A stretch of 64,000 bases of DNA from Eledone cirrhosa (taxonomy: Eukaryota): positions 81,778,001 through 81,842,000 of the forward strand of contig OZ024740.1 of assembly GCA_964016885.1 (NCBI GenBank), written 5' to 3'. Made by a program: the position numbers and the translations under genes. Positions 1 through 13,237 of the stretch are shown here, one piece after another; position 1 is the stretch's first letter, and each line of letters starts with the position of its first letter. Below the pieces are notes generated by a model. It was not told the DNA's origin and ran no database searches. It saw nothing but the letters and a program-made list of their open reading frames with translations.

Positions 1-3000
1 CCGAAGAGGTAAGTGCTCGTCTTCAGCCCTTTAAAACGTGTCCACCATACTATCTCTTTCGCCATGGCCACCAGACAGATAAAAATTGCCTGCCCTTCCC
101 GGCTAAAGGAAGAGGGCGGGCCAATCCTCACGATGGACTCAGCTGATAGCCGGATCCGTCCTACCCGTGACAGCAGTTGTTCGACATAAACCCACAAGTC
201 AGCAATGCTCGGACACTGGACGAGTGCGTGCAGGACGGTTCGTCGCCCTGCGCGCATCTCGGACATGCCCGGCTGACGGCACCTCCATGCCTGTAGAATT
301 TATCCCGAACTGGCAAAGCTCCTCGGTAGCACTGCAAGGCCAGGGATTTCTGGAAGTTGTCCATAGGCCCCGGCCCGAAAGAACTTACGAAGAGATTGGC
401 TACTTGATTTTCGTCGAGGCCTAGAATTTCTCCAAGTACGTCTTCGCTCTTCCCCTCCACTAATCCCCTATGGAACGCCAAGGTGGAGTTTCCACCGATC
501 ACATTGCCCGATTGGTCGACGGCTGTGAGCGCCTGAAGACATTCCAGTCTCTAAGCGCTCTCTCTCGGTCTTTGCTTCACCGAGGACTGCAGCTCCATCA
601 AGGAGACGAGCTGGGGAAAGACGTGTCTAGCAAACGGCGACCACACCTGATCACCGTCGAGGAAGAGGTGGAGATTTCGTAGCCTGAGCGCGTGTCTGCG
701 CATCATCAGCCAAGGCATGCCCAGCCCTCCACGTAGCGGGTGTTGACAGCAGATGGACCGCCTGACCATCGGAGCGCGTCCCTTCTACAAAAACGAAAGA
801 GGAAACATTCCAGCGCAGTCAGGCGGGGCTTAGGACAAGGTACGACGGTCAAGTGGTAGAAGATGACGGACGCGATGTACGCGTTAGCCACCTCCGCTCG
901 ACCTTTCAGGGATAGCTTCCTCTCCGCCCATTTCTGGGTGAGAGAAACCACCCTGCTCATCACCTCATCCCAGGTTTTGTCCGTCTGCAGGTCCGGACCG
1001 AACCAGACCCCCTAGCAATTTAACCGTTCAGCGCCCGACGACGCTGTTGGACGGCATGGACCTGCCTCTCCAGGTGCCGAGCTGCAGGCCCACTGACTTT
1101 TCCTGGTTGATCATTGCTCCTGTCACCGCTTCGTATTCTCTTAGTGTTGTGCCGATCGCCTCGATGTGTTTGGCGTTTGACACCACTACGCTGACATCGT
1201 AAGCATATGCTGACACGGATCTTACGCATCCTAGTTCGCGCGGGACGCCCCTCAACGTCTCCAGTTTGTACAGTAATGGCTCGAGAGTCCATACGTACAA
1301 GAGGGACGAGAGGGGATATCCTTGGCGGACCGAGCGCATGAAGTTGAACGGTTCCGAAAGGTGACCGTTCCCTCTCACCACAGAGCAGAAGGCGCTGTGC
1401 ATGGCAGCAACCAGCCTGTGAAGACGGGCCCAAAGCTAGGTAACGATGGTCGACCCTATCGAATGCTCTCGACTGATCTAAATTGATCAAGGACCCCCCG
1501 TGCCAGGTTCCCAAGCTACCCTCTCTACGATGTATTACATGAGGTGGAGGTTGTCGTGGATGGATCTGTCGGGAATGGCGCATGTCTGCGCCTCTCCCAC
1601 CAGACCCCCAACGACAAGCGCCAACCTCTTTGCTAGCACCTTAGCCAATATCTTGAACTCTGTGTTTAGCAGAGTTATGGGCCTGAAATTATCTATATTA
1701 TCCCCCTTGTTCGGATACTTTCTCAGCAGCGCCACAGCTCCTCGGCTCACAGAGCTGGGAATTCTCCCGTTCTGTTGCCAGTTGCAGTAGACGCCCGCCA
1801 AGAGGCCTCCGAACAAGTCTGGCATCTGTACGTCCATCATAGGGCAGACCATCCAAACCAGGAGATTTACCCCTTGTGCAGCCAGTCATTGCCTCCCTTA
1901 CTTCAGCGGCTGTTATCGGCTTTTCCCAACACTCCGCCTCAGTGGCCGAGAGCCGCGGCAGTCCGTCGAGATAGACACTAAAGTCCATCCCTCGATCCGA
2001 CCCACCACTGCCCCCGAACAGCTGTGCGAAGTGTCGCTGAAAAGCTTCACACATTAGCCCGGGATCGAATAGCATGCGCCCGTCGTGGTCCACCAAAGAC
2101 CGGATCGTGGCTTTGTTGCCACGACGCGCCTCCGCCACTCGGGCCCATTGAACGGCTTTCGTCCCCTCGTGTCTGAGAGCACGCAGCCTAGCTCCGACAA
2201 CGCAGCCTTCGGGCTTTGCATTGAAGAATTGGTCAAGGGCCAATTTCGCCGCAAGTACGTCGGTCGCGATGCCTTTGCTAAGCGCCTCGTCTAATTTTCT
2301 AACTAATTCTCCCTCTGCTCTATTTTTCTCTATTGCTAAAGCCTTACTAAACCTAATGGACTCTATTCTAATTGCTCTTTTCAGAGCAAACCACCACTTG
2401 TTGACGATGGCCCCCGTCAACGCTCGCTTAACTAGTTCGATAATCCTGTCTCTGTAGGACTTGCGCGCTGGTAAGGACGCGTTTAGCTTCCAGTAGCCGG
2501 GTCCTCGTCTATGAAGCCTATCTAAGTCAAGCACACAGATCACAATTTGTGGTCCGTGTAGCTGACTATCTTGAATTGTGGACAGCCTATGCTAGACTTA
2601 TCTATTTCCCTACAAAATACTCTATCTAGATATGATCTGGATGACCCTATGCGATTTGTCCAAGTTCCACATTCGGGAAATCCAATCGGTACCTGTCAGA
2701 CAGTTCAAAACGCTTGAGCAGGTTGGTGAGACTCTTGCACCCTCCTCCCCTATTTGCTAATCCCACACAGTCCCAGCGTGATTCTAAGATCCCGTTCCAG
2801 TCGCCCACTAACACTAAAGAGAGGGACGTTCCAAGAAAGGTCTCCAGACGCCGGAAGAAATCAGGCCGTCCTGCTCCTGTGGGGGCATAGACGGCCACTA
2901 ACCTGAAAGCTTGCTCGTCTCAGCTGGTCACGTCTAGCACCACCAACTTACCTTCTGGGTCCATGAAGATGGCCCGTATGGCAAGATCCAAATCTCTCCG

Positions 3001-3224
3001 AAAAAGCACAGCAACTCCCCCCCCCCCGATCCCGGACGGCAGGGAGATGCGTACACATCGTAGCCGCCGAAGATCGGTGCGAAGGCCCGTGCTTCGGAGA
3101 TTCTGGTCTTGCTGATGGCCACTACATCTATGTTTAGTGACCTGAGGTCGTTGAGCAGGTGGCCCTGCTTCCATGACGACCCCAAGCCACGCGCATTTAT
3201 GCTGCCTATTCTGAGTGAGGTCAC
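1..3224 (-). pseudogene. Tx1 ORF2 (APE endonuclease + reverse transcriptase), frameshifted
   Basis: ORF pieces 2934-3224, 2647-2898, 1698-2543, 1535-1852, 1028-1402, 706-963, 551-769 and 161-502 are collinear with ORF2 at 54265-57704. Confidence 0.92.
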
Positions 3225-3258
3225 GTTGAAATGGAGTGGAAAAGATGGGAAAGACCAC

Positions 3259-5211
3259 TTACCTTACTTCTCGTAGAGGAAGGACAGTTTCTCCATCCTT
3301 TTCACTGCTTGTGGCCTCCTCAGGAAGGATATCCTTATAAATCCTCCTGGAGAGTGCTTGTCGGAAGTCTCCGATGTCTTTGGGGAATTTTTGTTTTAGT
3401 GTCATGTACATTTTCTGTGTGATGCGAGTGATTTGTATGTGTGGAGGTGGTGTGAATTTTTGGGTTGTTGTGTAGTCTTTTTCTGTGATGCTGGTGTTGT
3501 GTTGGATGTAGTGTAATAATTGGTTGTTGTTCAAATTTAATGCTGTGTAGTGTGTATCGTTTTGGTTGTTTTTTTTTTTTTGTGTTTGTTGTGGGTTTGT
3601 TTCTGTTTCGCATTTTGGTGACTTTTGTGGTGTAGGTGATGGTGGTGTTGGGGATACTGATGGTGATGGTGTGGTGTTTAGGGTGATGAGGTTGGTGATG
3701 CTGGTGTGGATGGTGACATGTCTGTCCTAACCTTTTTGTTCGATAGTTTATGTTTCCCTCTGTATTTTGTTTTTGGAGGGGGAAGGAAGACAATTTTTTC
3801 TTTTTTGGTTTCTTTTTTTCTTTTTTCCTGATACCGTTTCCCACTCCTCGTCGTCACAATCTGTCTCCAGTTGTGATAGGCCGGGGAGTGGAAAATCCTC
3901 CACTGGCGTTAGTTTTGGTTGTGGCGTGGTGGATGGTGTAGGCGCTGGTGCTAGTTCTGGCGCGTTGGGTGGTGCTGGTGTTGGTTTTGCTACTGTTGCT
4001 GGGGTTGTTGCTGTTACAGTTGATTCTCTTGTTGCTGCTACAGTTGTTGCTGCCATCTCTGTTGCTGGTGGTGGTGATGGTTGAGTAACTGGTGTGTGTA
4101 AGAGAGATGGCCTCACCCTTTTAGCCTGAGGGCAGAAAGTCCTTAGGTGGGTTCCTTCACCACAAACGAAACACCTAGGCCTTCTGCCCTCGACAATTAC
4201 GGTGAGGTGGCAGCCGTCAGTGAGGTCTATTACGTCTGGGATCTCCTCAATGCTTTTTTGGTCCGCTTGGATCAGGAGCTCCATCCCAGATCCGGACCAG
4301 TTCTCCCGCTTTTCTTTCGCTATTTCGATTATCTTGGTGTTGGCTTCGATGCCGGCGAGGACGGCAGCTATTAGCCAGGGAATTTCGATGGCCGGTGGAA
4401 CGTGGGTCACCCTGATCTTCACGAGTCTATGGCCACAATAGCTTGGGACGAGTGTGAAGTCGTCACTTCTTAATGGGGCCATGGAGTGTTGTCTGGCCTG
4501 CTGTGGTATTTCAAAGAACACGTCCACGGTTCCATATTTCTGCTCACGTCTGATGTCTTTTTTTATTTGCCCACACATGTTCCAAAGCTTTTTGGATTTG
4601 GGACTCGGATGCCCGTTCCACTCGACGCGATTTCATGTTAATCGTCCGATAAGACACGGTGTATAGGCGCCGATGCTCCATTATTTAGGTGTGTGTGTGT
4701 GTGTGGGTGGGGGTGGGGGGTGCTGACCCTGTACCCATCTTTCTTTACCATTCTCTTGGTTTCATCTAATTCCTCCTGAGTTACCTGGCTTGCTTCGCAC
4801 TTTTTTACTGCTTTTGCAAACGACAGGGTGGTTTTGTTATTCTCATTGTTGTTGTTGCTCTTGTTGTTATTGTTATTTTTGTTATTGTTTTTTTTTAGTT
4901 TCAGTTGTGGTGGTGGTGGCGTCAGTGGTGTTACGTGTGGAAGAGTCCATTCTGGGTGAATCCATTTCGATGTCACGAGATAATTTATGTTTTTCTTTTG
5001 TTTCTGTTGTCGCTGTGGTGGTGGTGGTGGGGGTGGTGGATTCAACACCTGCAGTTATTGGTAATGGCGGGAAATGAATGTCTGCATGAGACACATTTAA
5101 ATTATTGCTACTGCTTATATTTTTAGAGTTGGCAAACGTAGTAATATTTACAATGGTGGTGTCGGTGTGAGGTGTTAGTTTGTGAGGAAGGTGTGGCTGT
5201 GAGTCGTTCAT
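3259..5211 (-). pseudogene. Tx1 ORF1 (gag-like, zinc knuckle), frameshifted
   Basis: Pieces 4882-5211, 4638-5048, 3748-4578 (VEGRRPRCFVCGEGTHLRTFCP, Pro/Thr-rich tail) and 3259-3534. Confidence 0.85.
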
Positions 5212-5454
5212 GATTTTTCAAAGACATTTATTTGTTTGATAATTATAAAAGTTTAAATTTTGGGCTCAAGGCCCCAATCGTTTTTAGTGTCCTTTTCCGA
5301 AATCAAATTGTGTGACCTTATAAACATTTAACAACAAAAATTTTCCATAAATGGCAATTTTAAACAAACGAAAACAACAAACCTTTGCGGAGCTCACGAT
5401 GATACGATTTCCTACGTAGGTCGCCAATAATAATAATAATGATAATAATAATAT

Positions 5455-5575
5455 CATCATAGAGGAACTGAAGCAACGCATTGTAGCAAAGAGTGCATTG
5501 ATTAGGCGATATGAGAGCAGAGTCAGTCAGTATAGACAGAACCGAATGTTTGACAACAACCAGAAGATGTTGATA
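5455..5575 (+). mobile_element. Dong/R4-clade LINE fragment between (TAA)n tracts
   Basis: Translates IIEELKQRIVAKSALIRRYESRVSQYRQNRMFDNNQK, resembling the pre-RT region of R4/Dong ORFs. (TAA)n lies at about 5426-5452 and 5630-5680. Confidence 0.65.
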
Positions 5576-5629
5576 TTCATCTCAACAAATTTTCCAGTTA
5601 AATAACATCGATGAATTGAGAGTCACAGA

Positions 5630-5679
<50 letters not shown>

Positions 5680-7779
5680 TATAATTATTATAATGATAAG
5701 AATATTCTTAATAACAATAGTATCGGCGTATATTTATAAGAGCCTCGACACACGTTTAGAAAGACTTCTGTTTGATTGCCCAGGAATAATATACAATCAC
5801 AACGATTAAAATGAACAAATGATAGCAACATATATATATAAAAACAATTCAAAACTAAAAGCAATGCTAATTCTGAAGATAACTAAGAAATAATTTTAAT
5901 TATTAGCACATATAATGGAAATACAGCAAATCTATAATATTACCACATGTAAACAAATAGCACTGTCCATTTCACGATCAAATCTATAACGGAAATGAAA
6001 CACAGTAGTTTTCAGACTGATATTAAAAAGAGGCGAGTACGTATTTCGAATGCATAATATGTATGCAAATTCTTAGGTTAAGACCTGTTCAAAACATGTA
6101 GGTTGAATGTCTAAATAAAGGGCAGACACAACTACCAAGATTTTGATTTCTGGTGTTACATGTGTCTTATAAATAACAATTAAGTGCGTGGACTAGTGAG
6201 CGAAATTCGTCGGTCGCAGAATGATTTATGTTAATTGTTTTGTCCTGCATACATTCTCTAATTATATTCTATTGTTGCCTACTTGTGTGATATACTTAAA
6301 CGTTCCATTGACGACACATCTTATTTTAGTCCTTGCTATACCTTAGAAATAATTGAGGCCAGATCTCCCATTTGAGATAGATTCTTCCTTCTCTCTCGCT
6401 ACAACTTGTTTTCGAAGCTCTTGAAAATAAATAAGTAAAAATTAGATAATATTAATATAAAACCTACATTTTGAGGAGACATATTATTCAATCATGAAGA
6501 ATTATTTTTCTTGTGATAATGTTTTTAGGAGGGTTACCAGCTTTTCTTTGTCTTGTGGTTTGTGTCGAGTGTTCAAGTTTAAATTTTGGCTTTGCAGGTC
6601 AAAACAAGAATAAAAACTGAAAAAAGTAAATACAAAACAAAAATAGATAAAAATAGGTTTGAATGGGATCATTGGGGGGGGGGGGGGAGATTGAGCTTTA
6701 TCAAAGAAGAGGTTTCTGGGGAATTTAATAGATACATCCTACTAAGAAAAAAGGTTTATGGTCAAAGGTTCTTCGTAGTTATGATGTTTGTTCTTTTCCT
6801 CATGTACTGTATGTGCCAGGGTATGCGTGTGGTCGTACACGCCTAGGTTTGCTTACAGGTGTAGTTAAATTGATTACTTCCATTCATTATTTATTGGCTA
6901 ATGAGGAACAATTACTTATTCAGTTGAGGTTAATATTTATTAACGAATTGTTTTTCACTATTTATTCTCTGTTGCTGTGTGTACGTTTCTGAACACATGA
7001 TTATATAGTTGCTTCATTCTGTTTGAGACTGATTAAAAAATTCAACGACTTTATCGAGTTGCAATCGATAGAATTCTCACAATCGGCATTTCCACTAAAC
7101 CTACAAACTCACATTCCAAATAAAAACATATATTGTTGCCAGGTGTATATCAATACAACAATTCAGTCAGCCATGTTCGAAAGAATTATTCAAAATAAAA
7201 CAAATTATCTGAATCTAAACGAATATATAGTATACTTATAACAATTCATTCGCAATATTTGCTATTGAATCTTTCATATATTGCTTTCTTAAGTGTTGCT
7301 TTCAGGATACACCTGATCATATTTCCTATACCTACACATGTGGGAAATAATGCAAACTAATAACGCAATAATAAAAGAAGTGTCAGAAAATATTGGAAGA
7401 GAAATTATATTAATTACTTTTTGTTATGAAACGTTTCTGTTATTTATTACTGGCTAATTTTTTCTACGTAATATTGTTATTATCATAGCATTGGCTTAGT
7501 GGTACGTAAAGTTAGTCTGACAATAACAGTGACAAATAAAATAACAAGTTCTATAACAAAGAGAAATAGGAATAAAAAAGAATAGATATAAATATTGTAC
7601 AGCAATCAAATATTAAAGAAAACATATGCCAGCAATACTATAATTGATGCACATTGGTTAGAAACCTTCATTGACAGTTAACGCTGTTTTTCATGCTCAG
7701 TATGTAATAGAATCTAGTATAAAGTGTACATGTACCATAGAATGTATGTGTGAATGTATGGGTGCACAGACAGAAACAA

Positions 7780-8543
7780 GAGGGTGACCTAAAGGTTCTT
7801 TAACAAAGCCAAATCTGAATACATTTACTTGAGAACTTGTACACTAGATTTTAACATTGACAGCAATGTGACAGCAAACAATTATTCAATAACTCCACCT
7901 AGTTTCTTTATTACAGACTTCGAGTGATATTTTACTCCATTCACGTTGCAGAGACCTATTCAAACCTTCTACTCCTCTGTGAAGATCACATTGTCCAAGC
8001 CGTGCGTATCGAGCCGCTCAAGCAGCGCACGACATAATGCGAATCTCTTTCCCTTCGAAGTAGTTGTTAGGCTGTGAACGTTTCGGCGTTTCAATGAAGT
8101 AAGTCCTAAATCGCTTTTTACAGCTCCCTTCAAATATTCTCTTTCTCGTGGAGCGAATTGAAATTCTATGAACTCTGGAACTGATACTGTTCCTGATCTT
8201 GGAAGTCCTGACTAAGCAGAGATGTCTTGTTCTAGCTCGAGCCTGAACTCCTCCAGTGTCCCTTAATCGATTGATGTTTCCATAGCTGAACATTCGCTTC
8301 CGTTTCGGTCACTTGAGAACATTCAACATTTCTGATGGCGAATTGCCAGCTTGATGATGTCAACTACAGCAGATCGTTCCCGTTCCATTCTAATTTTAGA
8401 CAAAACTGTGTCTCTTAGATTAATGATGAGTTCAGAACATGAAAGAAGACAAATAATCTGTAAAACGATATAACTTAAAGATAACATTGCCACTTTTTAT
8501 GTTAAACTAAGAACTCACAAAATCTAACTTTTGGGTCAGCCTG
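7780..8543 (-). mobile_element. Tc1/mariner (maT/DD37D-like) transposon relic, internally deleted
   Basis: Minus-strand frames give MERERSAVVDIIK...RLRDTGGVQARART...RSTRK and VKSDLGLTSLKRRNVHSLT...KRFALCRALLERL...NVIFTEE. Decayed TIRs: agggtgacctaaagg / aacttttgggtcagcctg. Confidence 0.7.
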
Positions 8544-9575
8544 CTTATATATCTATATCTATATTTATATGCAGGCTGTGTGTGTGTGTGTGTGTGGTTG
8601 TGTGTATGTGTGTGGTGTGTGTGCATGTATGCATGTGTAAGAGAATGTTTGTGTGTTTTTATTTGCAGTCTAATTTACACCGGATTATTTCTCTAGTTTA
8701 TCAACTTTAACCACTATATGGCCAATATGATTTGGTTCTCATATGTTGCAGAGAAGCATATAAAAAGAGATTCAATATAGGGACAATTTGCTTATTTAAA
8801 GGGCCATCACTTTTGTCACAACCGGAAACTATGGAATGAATAAACCATGTCAATTATACACTTTCAATATAAAAACAGTTTATGTATTGACTTAATCGTT
8901 GTATATATAGAAACATTTCGATACATTATCGACAGTTCCACTCTTTCATCTTAAATGCATATTTCACTATTCGGAACGTTGATATTAGAATCAATTGGTT
9001 TTTATCTCATGCAATAATATAATCCTGAAAATATGTATCTATCAAATCCTACGTTTCTTTTAAGATCATGTACTCATAGATATTCTTTCTGTGAAGTGAA
9101 AATCCCTTGATGGTAGTGAAAAGTAATAGCCAACCTGTACATTTATGGTCACAGTTCATATATATTGCTTTCAATTTTATATCGGAATCTGAACACCAGA
9201 CTCCCCCAGATAACACCATTTACATTTAATTGAAATCTGAACACAGCAAATTTTATGTAATTTATATGTTTTAATATCTGACAGAAGCGGTGTGAACAAA
9301 ACGCACCAAGTATATAATCTAAAGGTAAAACGTAATATTTCCACACTACCAGACAACAAAACAAACATATACGCACAAAGAAACATACATACATAGATAC
9401 TTATATTATAGTAATGAAATGCAGATAAAAGTGTATTCAATACCAGGAGTTGAAATATAAAATAACAGGAGATATCGATGTACAGTTTCAAATTAAAATA
9501 TTTCGTTCATTTGGGGTACTATATTGTTGTTCAACCACGCACACACACACACATATGTATGTATATAAAAGAACA

Positions 9576-9636
<61 letters not shown>

Positions 9637-9638
<2 letters not shown>

Positions 9639-10435
9639 GGGGTAACAAATAATAGTTATATGCAGTCCACTTAGGTGTAGTCCAGTTATGGTATTCCGGG
9701 TAGTGGATGATATCAACGCTTGGCTTGGTTTGACTCAACAAGGCGTTTTCATAGTGATGTTGCGAGTATGCTGTAATTCCTATGTTGTAAACACTTGGAG
9801 TAATAATAAATCAGGAAAGAAGATTGACATGGTTTGCTATACAAAAAAGGTTTTAATCTCATTGCTGACAATTGTTTCTCTGAATTGGTAGGTCTAGAGA
9901 TCGCTATTCACTTGTTTTCACGTTACTCGATCGCCAGTACAAAATTATAACCAGTCAGTTCTTCGGAGCATGCGAGAATGAAGAGGATATACAGGCATGA
10001 AAGGAATATACAGGCTACTATATGAAGTAGTAATGGCATTCAGTTAGTACAATAACAACAGTTACAACAATGCTAGTAATAAATTATTTGAGGAGACCCT
10101 GACATTACATTAGGTGGGGGGTATAGTGTATCTAAGATTTCGGCGTGTAAAACTAGCTGACATGAATCAGAATTATAAGGTTGACGTGTAAGGAGTGTCG
10201 TAGGGTGTATTATATCAATTTTAAAGATAAGCCGGTGTTTATCAACAATGTAGGTCAGGTGGCCGTAATGTTCAGTATTTATCTGACCGACGAAGTATTT
10301 ATCATTGAGTAGAGTTTGTGTGGTCTACATTAGATGAGAATACATTCTTTTGTATCCCCTTCAATAACATACATGTATGGGACAACACTGTCAAAGCTAA
10401 ATAATGGGCAAGTTAATACAGAGGTTAAGGAGGCA

Positions 10436-10466
<31 letters not shown>

Positions 10467-11829
10467 CATACATATATACACACATATATATATATATATA
10501 TACACACGCACGTTTACACAGACACATACATACACATCAATATACACTCGTACAAATACATACATACATGCAAAGAGATAAACATGCTGACTCTAATTAT
10601 GGCAAAAGGAAGGTAAAGTTACATTGTAGTAGTGATTTGAGAAATTCTTGGATTTAGGATCAAGTGATGGCCTCAGCTGAGAAGGAGTAAGTTTATGGGT
10701 TGATGAGGTACTTAGAGACATTTGTGTGGTATAGAACTGTGAAGGCTAGAGTATACTTAATGAGTATATTTCTGTGGTGATTTATGCAGGGAAGTGGGTA
10801 TCCGAGTTTAAAGCTATGTTATGTAGGTTCGATTCACGGAGGTTTGAATCTTATGAATTTGGTGGCAATTCTATGTCTGCAGAAGATAGATCTTTCTAAC
10901 TTATTGTTAAGTAGCTTTTTTACATTTTTGAGGATATACATTAGTTCTAGATCACATAGCCCGCAGTGGGACATACCTGTACTATAGGTTTTAGCAGCCG
11001 ACAACTTCGACCAATTAATACTGTAGTTAGTGTTTCTGTCCTTCAGTTCCCAAATCACTACTTCAATGTAACTTTACCTTCCTTTTGCCATAATTACAGT
11101 CAGCATGTTTATCTCTTTGCATGTATGTATGTATGTGTCTGTGTACACGTGCGTGTGTATATATATATATGTGTGTGTATATATGTATATATATGTATAT
11201 ATTGCCTCCTTACCTCTGTATTAACTTGCCCATTATTTAGCTTTGACAGTGTTGTCCCATACATGTATGTTATTGAAGGGGATAAAAAAGACTGTATTCT
11301 CATTTAATGTAGACCACACAAACTCTACTCAATGATAAATACTTCGTCGGTCAGATAAAGATGAACATTACGGCCACCTGACCTACATTGTTGATAAACA
11401 CCGGCTTATATTTAAAATTGATATAATACACCCTACGACACTCCTTACACGTCAACCTTATACTTCTGCTCATGTCAGCTAGTTTTACATGCCGAAATCT
11501 TAGATACACTATACCCCCCACCTAATGTAATGTCAGGGTCTCCTCAAATAATTTATTACTAGCATTGTTGTAATTGTTGTTATTGTTCTAACTGAATGCC
11601 ATTACTACTTCATATAGTAGCCTGTATATTCCTTTCATGCCTGTATATCCTCTTCATTCTCGCATGCTCCGAAGAACTGACTGGTTATAATTTTGTATTG
11701 GCGATCGAGTAACGTGAATACAAGCGAATAGCGATCACTAGACCTACCAGTTCAGAGAAACAATTGTCAGCAATGACATTAAAAACCTTTTTTGTATAGC
11801 AAACCATGTCAATCTTCTTTCCTGATTTA
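9637..11829 (-). mobile_element. Penelope-like element 3' fragment (GIY-YIG C-terminus) with inverted pLTR duplication
   Basis: ORF 10834-11058 IWELKD...YSINWSKL..AKTY...CGLCDLE...LLNNKLE...CRH. About 800-bp inverted arms at 9806-10643 and 11047-11829, each carrying an HHR-like motif. Confidence 0.8.
11665..11772 (+). ncRNA. Type I hammerhead-like motif with extended stem II (variant core CCGAAGA)
   Basis: tgct-CCGAAGA-a ctgactggt...accagttcag a-GAAA-caattg-TC-agca. Mirror copy on the minus strand at about 9863-9970. Confidence 0.6.
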
Positions 11830-11875
11830 TCTATATATATAAAAATGAATGTATGTTTGTTTGTTTGTCCAAAGA

Positions 11876-13229
11876 TATAAACGGAGAAAGAGAAATCAAC
11901 GTATAGACAAACAGAGAGTGAAAGAGCGAGTAGTCTGGCTGCTTTGAACCACTCCCTATATTAGACTGTCTCTAAAGTTATAAACGGAGAAAGAGAAATC
12001 AACGTATAGACAAAGAGAGAGTGAAAGAGCAACGTATAGACAAAGAGAGAGTGCTATAAACGGAGAAAGAGAAATCAACGTATAGACAAAGAGTGAGTGA
12101 AAGAGCGAGTGTGAAATTTTTTTAATTAAAGATAATTTCAATAGAATTAGTATTCTCTCTTTAATTTAATATAATTTCAATAGAATTAGTAAATTCTCTC
12201 TTTAATTTAATATAATTTCAATAGAATTAGTATAGTGTCTGTTTCACATTACTTCCCTTCCACTCCCATTACAGGGAATTCTTTTTCAGCTAGCCCTTAA
12301 CTAAGTGCTGTAATTTGATATCTTCATTTCGTCTGTCCTTATTTTCCTGACCTGGACATAAACCAACAGCTTATCTTCCCTACCTTTATCTCTATAGAAG
12401 TTACTACTTATTTCTTCATCCTTTTCTTTTAGTCTATGTATCTATATAGAGTTTTTTCCTGTTTTTCATCATTTCTCCATATACCGTTTCTGGGTTTCCT
12501 TTTTAATACCTTGGTGTTTTGATATTCTTAAAATATTATAATACCTTGGTGTTTTAATATTCTTAAAATATTATATCTCTCTTCCACTATTATCACTAGA
12601 ATTTCTACTCTAGCTATCTTATAGCCAATCACTAGAATTTCTACTCTAGCTATCTTATAGCCACTAACTGCTGTAATTTGATATCTTCATTTCGTCTGTC
12701 CTTATTTTCCTGACCTGGACTTACACCAGCAGCTTACCTTCCCTACCTTTATCTCTATAGAAGTTACTACTTATTTCTTCATACTTTGGTTTTATATTTT
12801 TAGTTTTATTACCCTACCACATAAACAATGATCACTTATAATACCATGATCCATTTTCCTTATATACTGTAATTTTCTGATGAAGGACTGAGGTACGTGT
12901 TATTTTGTCTGAATAATTTGTATTATTTTCACTCTGTTTTTACAATTGTTTATATCATCAATCAACACATACATATTGGTTATGACTCCTTCTACATTTC
13001 GATTACATTGAGTTCTTCATACGTATTTCACACTACTGCTCATTTCGGTAGAGTGATTGTGATAAAATATTTTCCTTTATTTTCACTCTGTTTTTACAAT
13101 TGTTTATATCATCGATCAACACATACATATTGGTTATGACTCCTTCTACATTTCGATTACATTGAGTTCTTCATACGTATTTCACACTACTTCTCATTTC
13201 GGTAGAGTGATTGTGATAAAATATTTTCT
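11876..13229 (+). repeat. Nested local duplications in the Helitron 5' non-coding region
   Basis: ataaacggagaaagagaaatcaacgtatagacaaa occurs three times. 12305-12420 recurs at 12668-12782, and a ~153-bp unit is duplicated across 12925-13229. Confidence 0.85.
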
Positions 13230-13237
13230 ATTCAATT

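Larger units (their letters stand above)
1..5425 (-). mobile_element. Tx1/L1-clade non-LTR retrotransposon, degenerate, 3' end runs off the window
   Basis: ORF1 with CCHC knuckle (CFVCGEGTHLRTFC). ORF2 fragments show APE endonuclease (SINARGLG, VYAP, GDWN, GPGYWKLN), RT (SPGLDG, FRPITLLNTEFKILAK, DQSRAFDRVDH, VRQGYPLS, AYAYD) and a C-terminal CPRC. 5' end abuts (TAA)n at 5426. Confidence 0.93.

Noticed and set aside
8018-8460. Apparent host exon after a ttttacag acceptor
   Set aside because: Explained by a frameshifted Tc1/mariner transposase.
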